From Candidatus Omnitrophota bacterium (GTDB lineage Bacteria > Omnitrophota > Gorgyraeia > JAGLLT01): a stretch of DNA of 64,000 nucleotides. The notes beneath the pieces are model-generated. The model was not told where the DNA came from, did not search any database, and was given only the letters and a program-made list of their open reading frames with translations. Below, piece after piece: positions 19,300 to 30,469 of the stretch. The stretch lies in the NCBI GenBank assembly GCA_030632085.1, contig DAOVJY010000006.1:26805-90804 (forward strand). The letters run 5' to 3'. Positions within the stretch are counted from its first letter, which is position 1. Every line of letters begins with the position of its first letter. The translations under genes and the position numbers were made by a program.

Positions 19300-20780
19300 A
19301 TAAATCGAGTTTGTCGGATAAGGCTATTCTTTTAATCATAAGTAAAAGTATTACTGCCCTTGGACATTTAGTATTGGGAGTTGTCCTTGTTAGGCTTTTG
19401 AGTAAAAGTGACTATGGTACTTATCTACAGGTCATGCTAATATGCAGCACTATTTCTTTAATTGCCACTTTTGGGATTCCTCACAGCATCTATTATTTTT
19501 TACCTCAGTTCGATTTGAAAAAACAAAAGATTTTTTTACTTCAAACTTTATTTTCTCTCTTTACTATAGGGGTAATTGCAAGTATATTTTGTTTTTTATT
19601 GCGAGACCTTATCGGTCAATGGATGAGTAATCCCTCTTTGGCCAAGATCTCAATAATATTTAGCGGCTATCTTTTGTTTGTTATTCCAGATCAATTTTTG
19701 GAACCTATGCTGATATCACGCGACAAGGCAAAACTGGCCGCTGGAATTAATGCTATTTTTAGTATTGGTTTCATTATCTTTGCCCTATCACCTATAATTT
19801 TTGGGCTTGGATTGCCTGCTTTATTTTTAAGTATTTTGTTTTTTTATTTGTTGAAGTTTTTATTTTTGATTCTTTACACCTTGAAAACGTTGGGTGGTTT
19901 AAGGAAAGATATATATAATTTTGCAATTTTAAAGTCTCAAATACATTATTCGTTTCCATTGGGTATATCGAGTATGATGGGTATGCTGAGTAGTAGAATT
20001 GATCGGTTTATGATTTCCTTTTGGTTTCCGCCAGATTCTTTTGCAATTTTTGCCAGGGGCGCCTTTGAATTGCCTTTGGTTAGCATATTGCCTTATACTA
20101 TATCTAATATTTTAATGCCTAGATATGTAGAACTTTATAAAGAAAACAATCAAGAAGAATTGTTAAGGCTTTGGCACGAGTCAATTAGAAAAACAGCATT
20201 AATAATTTTACCTGTATTTGTTTTTACTTTTATTGTGTCTGAAAAGCTCATTACTTTGCTTTTTACTTCTGATTATTCAGGCAGCACCATAATTTTTAGA
20301 ACCTATCTTCTATTGCTTCCCCTGAGATTAACTGCTTACGGAGCAATCTTGAGAGCAATGGGAGATACGAAAAGTGTTTTGCGAGCATCTTTGCTGTTTT
20401 TGATAGCCAATATCGCGCTCAATATCGTTTTCTATAAAATATTTGGTTTTATTGGGCCTGCTATTGCCACTGTAGTTGCTATGAATTTAAACATTTTGTA
20501 TTACATTAGTAAAATCCAAAAAACTTTTAATCTTACTTTCTTTAAAGTACTCCCTTGGAATAAAATTTTAAAAATTGCAGTTGTTTCAGTAGTAGTAGGA
20601 GTTATTATCTACCCCCTTATATTTTTAAGTATCTCTAAAATTGCAATACTTTCCCTGTCATTTGTATTGTTTGGAACTTTTTATTTTTTGATAGCTTTTA
20701 AAATGAGGATATTTACTTCTTCGGATATAAACCTGATAAAGAAATGGTTAACTCTTGCGCCGCTGAGGTCAAAAACTTAG
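19296..20780 (+). CDS. Second oligosaccharide flippase
   Basis: Multi-TM; VRLLSKSDYG, YSFPLG, IDRFMIS, FGFIGPAIAT. Confidence 0.88.
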   Translation: MNKSSLSDKAILLIISKSITALGHLVLGVVLVRLLSKSDYGTYLQVMLICSTISLIATFGIPHSIYYFLPQFDLKKQKIFLLQTLFSLFTIGVIASIFCFLLRDLIGQWMSNPSLAKISIIFSGYLLFVIPDQFLEPMLISRDKAKLAAGINAIFSIGFIIFALSPIIFGLGLPALFLSILFFYLLKFLFLILYTLKTLGGLRKDIYNFAILKSQIHYSFPLGISSMMGMLSSRIDRFMISFWFPPDSFAIFARGAFELPLVSILPYTISNILMPRYVELYKENNQEELLRLWHESIRKTALIILPVFVFTFIVSEKLITLLFTSDYSGSTIIFRTYLLLLPLRLTAYGAILRAMGDTKSVLRASLLFLIANIALNIVFYKIFGFIGPAIATVVAMNLNILYYISKIQKTFNLTFFKVLPWNKILKIAVVSVVVGVIIYPLIFLSISKIAILSLSFVLFGTFYFLIAFKMRIFTSSDINLIKKWLTLAPLRSKT

Positions 20781-20835
20781 TAAGATTTTTTACATAGTCT
20801 AATATTAATTATTAACTCTAGTAGAGGGTGAAGGG

Positions 20836-21546
20836 ATGCTCAAAATCATTAAAGCTCAAATCAAAAATATATTTAATTTTTACATTCGATGGCTTTGTAA
20901 GCGTGAGTTTAAACAACAATCCTGTCCTTGTTTTAATGAGCGATCTGTTGAATTTGCTTTTGTCTTCAGGCACCTTGAGCAGATTTATCCGCGTAAAGTT
21001 CTTGATGTAGGTACAGGAACTACAGCGTTACCACATTTAATGCGCAACTGTGGTTTTTTAGTAACAGCGATTGATAATGTTAAAGATTATTGGTCATCAA
21101 GTATGATTAATCGGCATTATTATGTTATTGACGATGATATCACAAGTTCTCGACTTCATGGAACGTTTGATTTTATAACATGTATAAGCGTCCTTGAGCA
21201 TATCGAAAAAAGCGATTTAGCCGTTCGAAATATGTTTAAACTTCTAAATCCACATGGTTATTTGATATTAACATTTCCGTATACTGAAAATAGCTATGTA
21301 AGAAACGTTTACGATTTACCAGGGTCGACTTATGGTCAGGATGCTGCATATATATGCCAATCATACTCTCGTAGAGAGCTAACTAAGTGGATTCAAGATA
21401 ATAATGGCAAAATCATTGATCAAGAATTCTGGAGATTCTGGGATGGAGATTACTGGACTGTTGGCAATAAGGGAATACCTCCTTGCAAAGTAACTGCTAA
21501 AGAAAAACACCAAATATCATGCATATTAATACAGAAAAAAGAATAG
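20836..21546 (+). CDS. Class I SAM-dependent methyltransferase
   Basis: VLDVGTG, FDFITCISVLEHI, LLNPHGYLILTFP. Confidence 0.85.
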   Translation: MLKIIKAQIKNIFNFYIRWLCKREFKQQSCPCFNERSVEFAFVFRHLEQIYPRKVLDVGTGTTALPHLMRNCGFLVTAIDNVKDYWSSSMINRHYYVIDDDITSSRLHGTFDFITCISVLEHIEKSDLAVRNMFKLLNPHGYLILTFPYTENSYVRNVYDLPGSTYGQDAAYICQSYSRRELTKWIQDNNGKIIDQEFWRFWDGDYWTVGNKGIPPCKVTAKEKHQISCILIQKKE

Positions 21547-21682
21547 AGTTAACTATAAATCTAATTTTTAAAATAAAGTATTGAAATGTGAACTTTATAG
21601 TGTAAAGATTTTAAGAAACTTTTACATGAGAAATATAAGTTATCAATCTTTTCAAAAAACAATAAAGATAATTAGGGGCCGT

Positions 21683-22864
21683 ATGTTAAAAAATGAAAAT
21701 ATTATATGTATTTCTACGATGAACTGGGACTTTTTGTGGACAAGGAAACAGCGGTTTATGGATATGTTAGCCATGGAAGGAAATAAGATATTGTATGTTG
21801 AGCCAACCGTTTCTCTTGCAGCTATGATTAGAAGGGCAGATAAGCCTCTCAAGGCGAATTTCTTACCTATGTTGCGCAAGGTCAGAGATAATTTGTATAT
21901 TTTAACACCTTCTTTGATGATTCCCTTAAGGGGGAAATTTGAATTTATTAAAAATATTAATCAAATAATTTTTATTTGGCAGGTTAGATGGGCTAAAAAA
22001 AAATTAAACTTTCAAAATCCCATTTTATGGACTTATGTTCCTGTGTATCATAGAATGCGAAGAAAGTTTAATGAGAAATTATTTATTTATGATTGTGTTG
22101 ATGAGCACTCGGCGTATCCAGGCGTAAATAAAAAACTTATACAAAAAGCAGAAATAGAATTGATTAAAAATGCAGACTTAGTCTTTATGACCGCTAAAGG
22201 TTTATATGAAAATAAGAAAAATTTAAATAAAAATATGTTTGTTATTCCTAATGGCGTTGATGTAGATAATTTTAAACGGGCACTAAACGATGATACTGTT
22301 ATTCCTGAAGAGATTTTAAATCTTCCAAAACCAATTATAGGCTATGTTGGAGGGATTTCTGACTGGATTGATTTGGATTTGATATATTATGTAGCAAAAT
22401 CAAATCCAAATTGGTCTCTTGTTTTAGTTGGCCCGGTTGACGATAAAGTAAACTTAAACTATTTTAAAAATGAAAATAAAAGTGTACAGAATATTTATTT
22501 TTTAGGACGTAAGACTGCAAATGAGTTACCTAATTATTTAAAAGGGTTTGATGTTTGCATAAATCCTTTCAAAATCAATGAACTAAGCAAAACCGTTAAC
22601 CCGTTGAAAGTCTATGAATATTTGGCGGCTGGCAAACCTATTGTTTCAGTTGATATGCCGGAAGTAAGAATTCTTGCAGATGTAATAAAAATTGCTCAAA
22701 ACAGAGAGGAATTTATAGCTTTTATAGAGGAATCGCTTGATAGAAATGATAGAGAACAAATTCTGAAGAGAATTCAAAAAGCAAAAAATTATTCTTGGAA
22801 TAGTTTATTTAATGAAGTTATAGGTTATATAGAAAAGGCGTTTTCAAATGAGAAAGTTGGATAA
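21683..22864 (+). CDS. Glycosyltransferase (GT4/TuaH-like)
   Basis: IYDCVDEH, PNGVD, PIIGYVG, NPLKVYEYLAAGKPIVS; ATG 21683 after AGGGG. Confidence 0.9.
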   Translation: MLKNENIICISTMNWDFLWTRKQRFMDMLAMEGNKILYVEPTVSLAAMIRRADKPLKANFLPMLRKVRDNLYILTPSLMIPLRGKFEFIKNINQIIFIWQVRWAKKKLNFQNPILWTYVPVYHRMRRKFNEKLFIYDCVDEHSAYPGVNKKLIQKAEIELIKNADLVFMTAKGLYENKKNLNKNMFVIPNGVDVDNFKRALNDDTVIPEEILNLPKPIIGYVGGISDWIDLDLIYYVAKSNPNWSLVLVGPVDDKVNLNYFKNENKSVQNIYFLGRKTANELPNYLKGFDVCINPFKINELSKTVNPLKVYEYLAAGKPIVSVDMPEVRILADVIKIAQNREEFIAFIEESLDRNDREQILKRIQKAKNYSWNSLFNEVIGYIEKAFSNEKVG

Positions 22865-24245
22865 GCCCTATTGGGAAGAAGAAAAACCGCTAATTGAATT
22901 TCCAACCTTGGTTTTATGGGCAATTGCATTCTTTTCTCTTTCTTTAGGTTTTATGCTTTTAATATTTCCATGGTATATTGGCTTAGGATTTTTTATTGTT
23001 TTGTGCCTGACAATAGGAGTATTTTTAAATCCATATGTTGGAGTGCTAATATTTTTAGTGGGTTCTCTCTTGCACCCTACGCAGTTTATTGGTGAAGCTG
23101 TAGCTGGTTTTCATTTAGCTAGAAATCTAGCATTTTTAATGTTGTTAACGTGGCTGTTTCACATTATTATTTATCGAGATTTTAAAATAGTGAAAGCTCC
23201 CCAGAATTTTTTTGTTTTTGGATTGGGAATAATGATGTTTATTTCAACCTTTAGATATTTCGATTATAGTTCGCCTCACTTTTTAGAATTATTGAAGCTA
23301 TTAATTTTGTACTTTATGGTTGTAAATTTAGTTAAGTCAGAAAAGCAATTACATGTAATTATTTGGTTTTTGATAGGACTTGCTTTGTTTGCAACATTTG
23401 TTGGGATTTACCAATATACGCATAATATTGGAATGTATTCTGCCGAAGATGGAATTTTAAGAATTACAGGAACGGCACTCGATCCCAATGATTTCGCTAT
23501 GCACTTGGTCATACTTATTCCCTTAACCTTTGCTCTCTTTTTGAGTTATAAAAGTATATTTATTAAAATTATTTTAGCCTTTTTGTTTATATTATCTATT
23601 TTAAATATAATTTTTACCTTTTCCAGAGGAGGGTTTGTTGGTTTAGCAGTAGTGTTGGGACTTTCAACTTTAGTGATGATTGTCCAGAAAAAAATTAAAA
23701 TAGCGTTTATAATTTTTGGTTTGATTGTGGCTTTAGTTATTTCTCTATTTGTCTCTCAGGAATATTGGCAAAGAATAGGAAGCATAGTGAATGTAAGGGA
23801 GGCTTCTATTGCCGCAAGACTTGAATCTTGGAAGGCCGGGTTAAAAATGATGAAAGATCATCCTTTTAAGGGAGTCGGGTTAGGGGTATTTCAATATGAA
23901 TATTCTTCCATTAGTCAAACTGATCCTGGCTATAAAGTAAAAGTTCCTAAATACGCTCATAATTCTTACATTCAAGTTGGTGCCGAAACAGGAATTTTAG
24001 GACTTTTATTTTTCCTCGGTTTAATTTATTTTACCTTTAGAGACCTTTTTATTGCTAGTAAATTTTTTAAAGAACAGCAGAGGATTAATTTTTTCAATTT
24101 AAGTCAGTTTTTAATAATTAGCTTAGCTGGCTATGTAGTTTGCGGGATGTTTTTAACACAGGCTTTTTTAACTATGTTCTGGATAATTTCACCATTGGCA
24201 ATAGTATTGAAAAAATTTACAGAACCAACAGGAAGAGTATTGTGA
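22848..24245 (+). CDS. O-antigen ligase / Wzy-like polymerase family protein
   Basis: DPNDFA, TFSRGGF, R..W..G..M..DHPFKGVGLG, AHNSYIQVGAETGILG. Confidence 0.9.
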   Translation: MRKLDKPYWEEEKPLIEFPTLVLWAIAFFSLSLGFMLLIFPWYIGLGFFIVLCLTIGVFLNPYVGVLIFLVGSLLHPTQFIGEAVAGFHLARNLAFLMLLTWLFHIIIYRDFKIVKAPQNFFVFGLGIMMFISTFRYFDYSSPHFLELLKLLILYFMVVNLVKSEKQLHVIIWFLIGLALFATFVGIYQYTHNIGMYSAEDGILRITGTALDPNDFAMHLVILIPLTFALFLSYKSIFIKIILAFLFILSILNIIFTFSRGGFVGLAVVLGLSTLVMIVQKKIKIAFIIFGLIVALVISLFVSQEYWQRIGSIVNVREASIAARLESWKAGLKMMKDHPFKGVGLGVFQYEYSSISQTDPGYKVKVPKYAHNSYIQVGAETGILGLLFFLGLIYFTFRDLFIASKFFKEQQRINFFNLSQFLIISLAGYVVCGMFLTQAFLTMFWIISPLAIVLKKFTEPTGRVL

Positions 24246-25408
24246 AAAAAATAACTATACTTCATTTAATATATAGTTGGAAAACGGGAATTTATGGAGC
24301 TGAAAGAATTGTTCTGAAGTTAGTTTCTAATTTATCTAAATCAAAGTTTAATTGCGTTGTAGTAACTATCAAACATTCCAAGAAAGACAAAATCCCGCTT
24401 TTAAAAGAATTGAATAAAAATGGAATAGTTACTGATTCCTTAATTTTGAAAGGTCGCTTTGATATAACCAGCGTTGTTAGATGTAAAAACTTATTAAAAA
24501 AGTATAAGGCAGAAATTTTGCATTGTCATGGTTATAAAGCCGATATTATAGGATTGTTTACAGGCATTCTTTTGCCTAAAATCAAATTGGTTGCTACCTT
24601 ACATGGGTGGTGGGCAAGAGAGAGTTTTAAATTAAAATTTTATGAATTTCTAGATTTATTTGCAGTTAAGCGATTTGATAGAATAATAGTAGTTTCCAAA
24701 GCTATCCAAGCCACACTTTTATCAAAGAGATTTTTTAAAGGAAAGCTCGAATTGATTCATAATGGTGTTGAAATAAGCCGTTTTATCGATGAAAAAAATA
24801 GTGAATCTTTAAAAGCAAGATTAAAAATAAATAAAGAAGATAAAGTTATTGGTTTAGTCGGGCGCTTAGGTAAAGAGAAAGGACACATTTATCTTTTGGA
24901 AGCGATGCCAGATATAATTGAGCAATTTCCAAAAGTTAAAGTTATTATTTTAGGCGAAGGCATATTAGAAAATGAGTTGAAAACTTATGCGAAAAAATTA
25001 AAAATTAGTGACAAACTTATGTTTTTAGGTTTCAAAAAAGATATGGTGCGCTTTTATGCATTGATGGATGTTTTTGTCCTACCCTCTTTGAGCGAGGGAT
25101 TACCTGTAGCCCTACTTGAAGCTATGGTTGCCAGAAAGGCAATTGTTGCTACGAATGTTGGCGGTATACCTTCTGTAATAAAAAATATGGAAACCGGCAT
25201 TTTGATAGAACCAAAAAACTCTAATTTGTTAGTAAAGGCAATAAGTAAGGTATTAAATAATAAAAATCTTGCTTTTCAATTAGCAGTTAATGCAAGAAGG
25301 ATAGCGGAGTGTACTTTTTCGATAGATGCTATGATAAAAAAATATGAAAAAGTATATTGTGATATGTTAAGTGCTAATAAAAAACAAAAAAATAAACAAA
25401 GAATTTAA
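24242..25408 (+). CDS. GT4 glycosyltransferase
   Basis: GAER, HCHGYK, IHNGV, VLPSLSEGLPVALLEAM; GTG at 24242 coupled to upstream stop. Confidence 0.92.
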   Translation: MKKITILHLIYSWKTGIYGAERIVLKLVSNLSKSKFNCVVVTIKHSKKDKIPLLKELNKNGIVTDSLILKGRFDITSVVRCKNLLKKYKAEILHCHGYKADIIGLFTGILLPKIKLVATLHGWWARESFKLKFYEFLDLFAVKRFDRIIVVSKAIQATLLSKRFFKGKLELIHNGVEISRFIDEKNSESLKARLKINKEDKVIGLVGRLGKEKGHIYLLEAMPDIIEQFPKVKVIILGEGILENELKTYAKKLKISDKLMFLGFKKDMVRFYALMDVFVLPSLSEGLPVALLEAMVARKAIVATNVGGIPSVIKNMETGILIEPKNSNLLVKAISKVLNNKNLAFQLAVNARRIAECTFSIDAMIKKYEKVYCDMLSANKKQKNKQRI

Positions 25409-25409
25409 A

Positions 25410-26234
25410 ATGTATAAACTTAAAAATTCTATTCAGTATATTAATAGCTTTTTCGTTTTGTTTTTCGCTAGTAGAGGAATATATAAATTAAAATTTATTT
25501 TTTATTTATTATTGAAATTCTTAAATAACTTTAAATTTGTTAAACTTAATAATAAAGATGTCAAAATTGTTTTTAAAGATGTTTTTTGTTGGTTTGGCTT
25601 GTTTTCTGGAGAATTAGGTTCGTATGTTGAAATATTTATTGATGAAGTTTATGAATTAATCCCCACGTTTAAGGCTAAGAAAGGAGATACGGTTGTTGAT
25701 GTCGGTGGAAATATCGGCTTTTATGCGATAAAGCAATCGGTACAAATAGGTCGCGAAGGCCGGATGTGGGTTTTTGAGCCCAATGTAGATGTTTTTCAGC
25801 GGTTAGTTAAAAACTTAAAAGAGAATAAGATAACTAATGCTATTCCACTTCAAAAGGCAATAAGTTCGAAAAGCGGCACAGATAACTTTAAGGTGACATC
25901 TAATGCTACACAAGAAGGGTCTTTATGCTATGATAAAAAGATGCTTAAGTCCACAGATAATATAATAGAGGTTGATTGTATAACTTTGGATGATTTTGTT
26001 TCTCTAAATAATATTTTTAAAATTAATATACTTAAAATAGATGCAGAAGGGAGTGAATTTGAAATTTTAAAAGGGGGGCTTAAAAAAGCGTTACCTATAA
26101 CACAAAAAATCGTAATGGAATTTCATGGAAACAATATTAAGAATAAAATAATTCAACTTCTTGAAAAAATCAACTTTATATCTATTTTTGAAGATAAGAA
26201 AAACCGCATAATTTATTTTAAAAATAATGGATAA
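25410..26234 (+). CDS. FkbM-family methyltransferase
   Basis: VDVGGNIG, FEPN, ITLDD, LKIDAEGSE. Confidence 0.92.
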   Translation: MYKLKNSIQYINSFFVLFFASRGIYKLKFIFYLLLKFLNNFKFVKLNNKDVKIVFKDVFCWFGLFSGELGSYVEIFIDEVYELIPTFKAKKGDTVVDVGGNIGFYAIKQSVQIGREGRMWVFEPNVDVFQRLVKNLKENKITNAIPLQKAISSKSGTDNFKVTSNATQEGSLCYDKKMLKSTDNIIEVDCITLDDFVSLNNIFKINILKIDAEGSEFEILKGGLKKALPITQKIVMEFHGNNIKNKIIQLLEKINFISIFEDKKNRIIYFKNNG

Positions 26235-27351
26235 AATTCTAGGAAACAAGGTAAAAAAGATATTAATAATTTCAATGCAAGGAATAGGAGATCTATTGCT
26301 TGCGACACCAGCTCTATCTCTATTGAGAAAAAATTTCCCCAAGGCAAATATTGCTATTCTGTCTTTAAAACGAACTAAATGCGTTATCTTGGGTAATTCA
26401 AATGTTGATAAAATTTTCACTTACGACCATGATGCATCAACTAGATTATTTGAAGTTTTTTGGCTTATTTTTAAACTTAGAAAAGAAAAATTCGATTTAT
26501 CAATATGTCTATATCCCAGTGGGTTACGTTCGGCTTTTGTTGGTTTTCTATCAGGCGCTCGCATACGTGTTGGTCAAAAGTTAATATTTTTTAAGAAATT
26601 CCCCTTTTTATTTACGATTAAAGTAAATGTATCACAAGTTAAACATGCTATTGATATGAATTTGGATCTTTTAAAAGCTTTAAAGTTAAATGTTGAGGAT
26701 GAACCAAAAACACTTTTTATGCCTATATCGAATAGCGATGAAAAATCTGTATCAGAATTTAAGGAAAAAAATAATATTAAGAACAAAGATTTATTGATAG
26801 CTATTCACCCTGGGGTTAGTGAGGGAGGAATGCATAGATGTTGGCCAAAGCAAAATTTTATTGAATTAATAAATAAATTAGCAGGAATGTTCAACGCAAA
26901 AATTCTATTGATAGGCGGCCCTTCGGAGGTGAATCTTATTGAGGAGATATATAATTTGGCAAAAGAAAAACCTATTAAGGTTATAAACCTTTCGCTTAAT
27001 GCTGTAGCCGCTTTATTAAAGGATAGTTCTTTATTCATAGGTAATAATTCAGGACCTATGCATATTGCGTCAAGCGTTAAAACTCCTACGGTAGCAATTT
27101 TTGGAGATACAGATCCTCGTATCCATGCTCCTTACGGCAACAGAAATATAGTCGTGCGGAAAAAATTATTTTGTAGCCCCTGCCATTATCCTTTTCTTCA
27201 TGGAACGATAAGCTGTGCAAAAAAAGGTAGAGGATTTGTAAAAGGAAGGTTTGTATGTGCTACAAATGATTTTAAGTGTATGAAAGAAATAACTGTTTCT
27301 GATGTTTTGCTTGCTGTAGAAGCATTACTTCACAATATAAAAAAGGTTTAA
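26227..27351 (+). CDS. GT9 (heptosyltransferase-like) glycosyltransferase
   Basis: GIGDLLLATP, IHPG..RCWP, GNNSGPMHIA, CSPC. Confidence 0.92.
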   Translation: MDKILGNKVKKILIISMQGIGDLLLATPALSLLRKNFPKANIAILSLKRTKCVILGNSNVDKIFTYDHDASTRLFEVFWLIFKLRKEKFDLSICLYPSGLRSAFVGFLSGARIRVGQKLIFFKKFPFLFTIKVNVSQVKHAIDMNLDLLKALKLNVEDEPKTLFMPISNSDEKSVSEFKEKNNIKNKDLLIAIHPGVSEGGMHRCWPKQNFIELINKLAGMFNAKILLIGGPSEVNLIEEIYNLAKEKPIKVINLSLNAVAALLKDSSLFIGNNSGPMHIASSVKTPTVAIFGDTDPRIHAPYGNRNIVVRKKLFCSPCHYPFLHGTISCAKKGRGFVKGRFVCATNDFKCMKEITVSDVLLAVEALLHNIKKV

Positions 27352-27359
27352 TCATTTAC

Positions 27360-29171
27360 GTGGGAAATAAAATACTCAAAAATTTCATATTATTTATAGT
27401 GATTATTCTAGCATCACCTTATGCGGAAGCTAAAGTTGTGCTTACTCCAAAAGGAGAAATTAATATCCCTCCTAATTTTATAGAAATTAAGCACATAGAA
27501 AATACTGAACTTCCAGAGACAACATATGAAGATCAAAAAAGAGGGTATATTATTTTCAGTAGAGAAAATTTAGAAGGTGTCTATCCTAATTCAATTCCAG
27601 CCAGTAAAGAAATTACAAACACTTTGAAAGTATTCGGAACACCTGGAGAATATGTTCCCATTTCTTTTTCAATATACACCTTAAGAAACTTATCAAATCT
27701 TACCACGGTCGTTAATAGTTTGATTGATGATAAGGGCTGTGTAATACCTAGAAAAAATATTACTATTAATTCGGTTTTGTGCTGGGAGCAGAGGATAGGA
27801 GCATCTGCTGGAAAGACATATGGAATAATTCCCGAGTTACTTATCAAGGAGCCGTTAAGTATAAAAAAAGGTGTTTCTAGTCAATTTTGGATAACAATAA
27901 AAATTCCTAAAAATATTTCCCCTGGTATTTACAGAGGGAATATCTCTCTTATTTCAAATATCGCTAAGTCAGCTAAGATAAAGATAGAGCTGAAAGTATT
28001 ACCTTTTAATTTATTGAAGCCACCAGATATGTTTTGGGGCGTTTTTAGTGAGTTTTCAATTGATACCCAACAATTAAAAGATTTATCCGAACACGGCATA
28101 GATACAATTTGTGGTGGATATGTTTGGGCTCATGCCCCCCCGAGGCCGATTTTTTTTATGCAGTCTAAGGAAAAAAGTGATGTGTTAGATATCGATTCTC
28201 TTAGGGTTGGGGCACGAAATGGTTTTCAGGCTTTTAAACAAGCAGGTATGAAAGGTCAATATGTTATTGCATTGGGATGGGTAGCAATTAATATAGCAAG
28301 GAGGTTAGAGATACCACATTTAGACAATGAGCCAATGTTTCCCAAAAATTATACACCGCAACTTAAACGAATATATAAAGATTTCCTTAAAGTTCTTCGG
28401 GATGAGTCTGAAAAGGCAAATGTTGATGCAAGTTTTTGGTCTATTGATGAACCTGGTACCCATCCTCATCTTCGAAAAGTTGCATTAACCGAATATTCAA
28501 TATTAAAAGAATGTAATGTAAAGACATTTCTTACCTGTGATATAGAGTTTACAAGAACAATTTCCCCATTAATAGATGTTCGTTGCTATACGTCAGAGTT
28601 CCTGTTTCGCAATAAAAAGACATACAACTTATTAAAAGGTGAAACTAAAGAAGCTGGCGCTGAGCTTTGGGTATATACAAATCCACATTCTTTTTATGAA
28701 GCCAGATATTTTACAGGGTTATTGCGCTGGAAAGCAAAATTCAAAACTTTATTAATTTATGCCTATAATACACCAAGGGGTGATCCTTATAATGATTTTG
28801 ATTCTTCCGAAAGAGATCATTATTTAGTTTATCCACCACTTGATAATGGTTCTCCAATACCTACTTTACGATGGGAAGGGATAAGGCAGGGTATATATGA
28901 TGCCAGGTATATTTTTACATTGATGGAGTATATTAACTTTTGCAAAATTAGCGAATATAGAGATTTAGCAGAGAAGGCTAGAAAATCAAGAGAAAAACTT
29001 GATAAAATAATGGAAAATGTAAACTTTTCAACAAAGTTCCCAAAATCTAATTTTGATTATAAGAATTTTTCAATCTATAGAAGAGAAATTGCTCAGGAAA
29101 TTATCAAATTAAGAAACTTAATTATCGAAAAAGGTCTAAGTTGTGATTTTGTAGAAATAACCATGAAATAA
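27360..29171 (+). CDS. Secreted putative glycoside hydrolase (GH123/DUF4091-like)
   Basis: Signal peptide, QFWITIKIP..PGIYRG, WSIDEP, LVYP..PTLRWEGIRQGIYD. Confidence 0.6.
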   Translation: MGNKILKNFILFIVIILASPYAEAKVVLTPKGEINIPPNFIEIKHIENTELPETTYEDQKRGYIIFSRENLEGVYPNSIPASKEITNTLKVFGTPGEYVPISFSIYTLRNLSNLTTVVNSLIDDKGCVIPRKNITINSVLCWEQRIGASAGKTYGIIPELLIKEPLSIKKGVSSQFWITIKIPKNISPGIYRGNISLISNIAKSAKIKIELKVLPFNLLKPPDMFWGVFSEFSIDTQQLKDLSEHGIDTICGGYVWAHAPPRPIFFMQSKEKSDVLDIDSLRVGARNGFQAFKQAGMKGQYVIALGWVAINIARRLEIPHLDNEPMFPKNYTPQLKRIYKDFLKVLRDESEKANVDASFWSIDEPGTHPHLRKVALTEYSILKECNVKTFLTCDIEFTRTISPLIDVRCYTSEFLFRNKKTYNLLKGETKEAGAELWVYTNPHSFYEARYFTGLLRWKAKFKTLLIYAYNTPRGDPYNDFDSSERDHYLVYPPLDNGSPIPTLRWEGIRQGIYDARYIFTLMEYINFCKISEYRDLAEKARKSREKLDKIMENVNFSTKFPKSNFDYKNFSIYRREIAQEIIKLRNLIIEKGLSCDFVEITMK

Positions 29172-29198
29172 CAAAAAACGATTTTAAAATTATTATTT

Positions 29199-30452
29199 AT
29201 GAATTTACTATATTTATCACATATAAGTACTTTAAGAATAGAGAGTGATGTCACCATGCTTGAAGAGAGAGGATATAAAGTTACTGTGCTCAACAATCAT
29301 AAGTTGCATTTTCAAAAAAGGCTTAAAAATTTTCCAAATTTCACGAATATAATAAACTTATATGAGCCGAGATTTATCTGGATAGTTAAATTAAGACTAA
29401 AAATTACAAAACTTATAAAGTTTTTGCTTACTCTTACTAAATTGGATACTTCGCGTAAAGTAATTTCTTTTAGAGAAAAAGTAAGCTTAGAAAGTATAAG
29501 CAGGGTTTCTAACTCAACGAAGAAAACTATTACAAGGATAATAAAAGAAAAAGAAATAGATGTAATTTATTGTTCGTGGAGTACCACGGGTTTTCCGGAG
29601 ATAAAGGTAATTCAAGAAGCAAATCTTGGCATACCAATTATTTTAAGCATTCAAACTTATCCATTTTGGCAAACAGCAGTCGTTGGTGGTTCTTTTAAGG
29701 AAAACAAAGAACATAAAGAAATATTTGAGAATCTGGATGGGCGCATACATTGCAGTCAAGTAATGTTTGATTATATGAATGACCATTTTAATTTAACTAA
29801 ACACGGTAAAGATTTAATAATGATGGGATATTGCAAAAAAAGAAATTTTTACAAAAAGAGGTTACCTCTTTTGTCGGAGAAAGAAGGAGAGTCTCATATT
29901 GTATTTATTGGAAATACACAGTTTTCTCAGCGCACCTTAGATGATGTTGGAAGGCAACTATATTGTATCGCAAAAAAAAGAATTCATATCCATTTCTCTT
30001 ATACACACGATAGAATTAAGCGTAACCCTTATATTCATATGTTTTCTCCATTTTCGCATCGGCAGCTTTTAAATGGGGAGCTTGCCACGCACATGACCCA
30101 ATTTGATGCCTGTATAGTTTTATACAATATAGATAAACCATACGCGAGATTTAATAATAGTTTGCCTGAGAGATTTTTATTTGCTCTTAATGGAGCTGTG
30201 CCAATTGCGTTACCCAAGGGCTATTTTGCAGCTTGTGAGGAAATGATTAATAAATATCAAATAGGTTTTACATATGAAAATTTAGATGATCTAAAAATTA
30301 AATTATCAGATAGAGAAAAAATGGCAGAATACAGAAATAATGCTGTTTATATTGCACCTTCATTGACGTTTGAGAAAAATTTTTATATCCTGGATAATTT
30401 CATTAAAAAAGTGATATCGGCAGCTAAACCAAAAAACGATAAAAAGGCCTAA
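29199..30452 (+). CDS. Putative glycosyltransferase (divergent GT-B)
   Basis: LPERFLFALNGAVPI resembles GT4 C-terminal motif; EPS context. Confidence 0.55.
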   Translation: MNLLYLSHISTLRIESDVTMLEERGYKVTVLNNHKLHFQKRLKNFPNFTNIINLYEPRFIWIVKLRLKITKLIKFLLTLTKLDTSRKVISFREKVSLESISRVSNSTKKTITRIIKEKEIDVIYCSWSTTGFPEIKVIQEANLGIPIILSIQTYPFWQTAVVGGSFKENKEHKEIFENLDGRIHCSQVMFDYMNDHFNLTKHGKDLIMMGYCKKRNFYKKRLPLLSEKEGESHIVFIGNTQFSQRTLDDVGRQLYCIAKKRIHIHFSYTHDRIKRNPYIHMFSPFSHRQLLNGELATHMTQFDACIVLYNIDKPYARFNNSLPERFLFALNGAVPIALPKGYFAACEEMINKYQIGFTYENLDDLKIKLSDREKMAEYRNNAVYIAPSLTFEKNFYILDNFIKKVISAAKPKNDKKA

Positions 30453-30469
30453 TAGTAGTATAAAATTTT

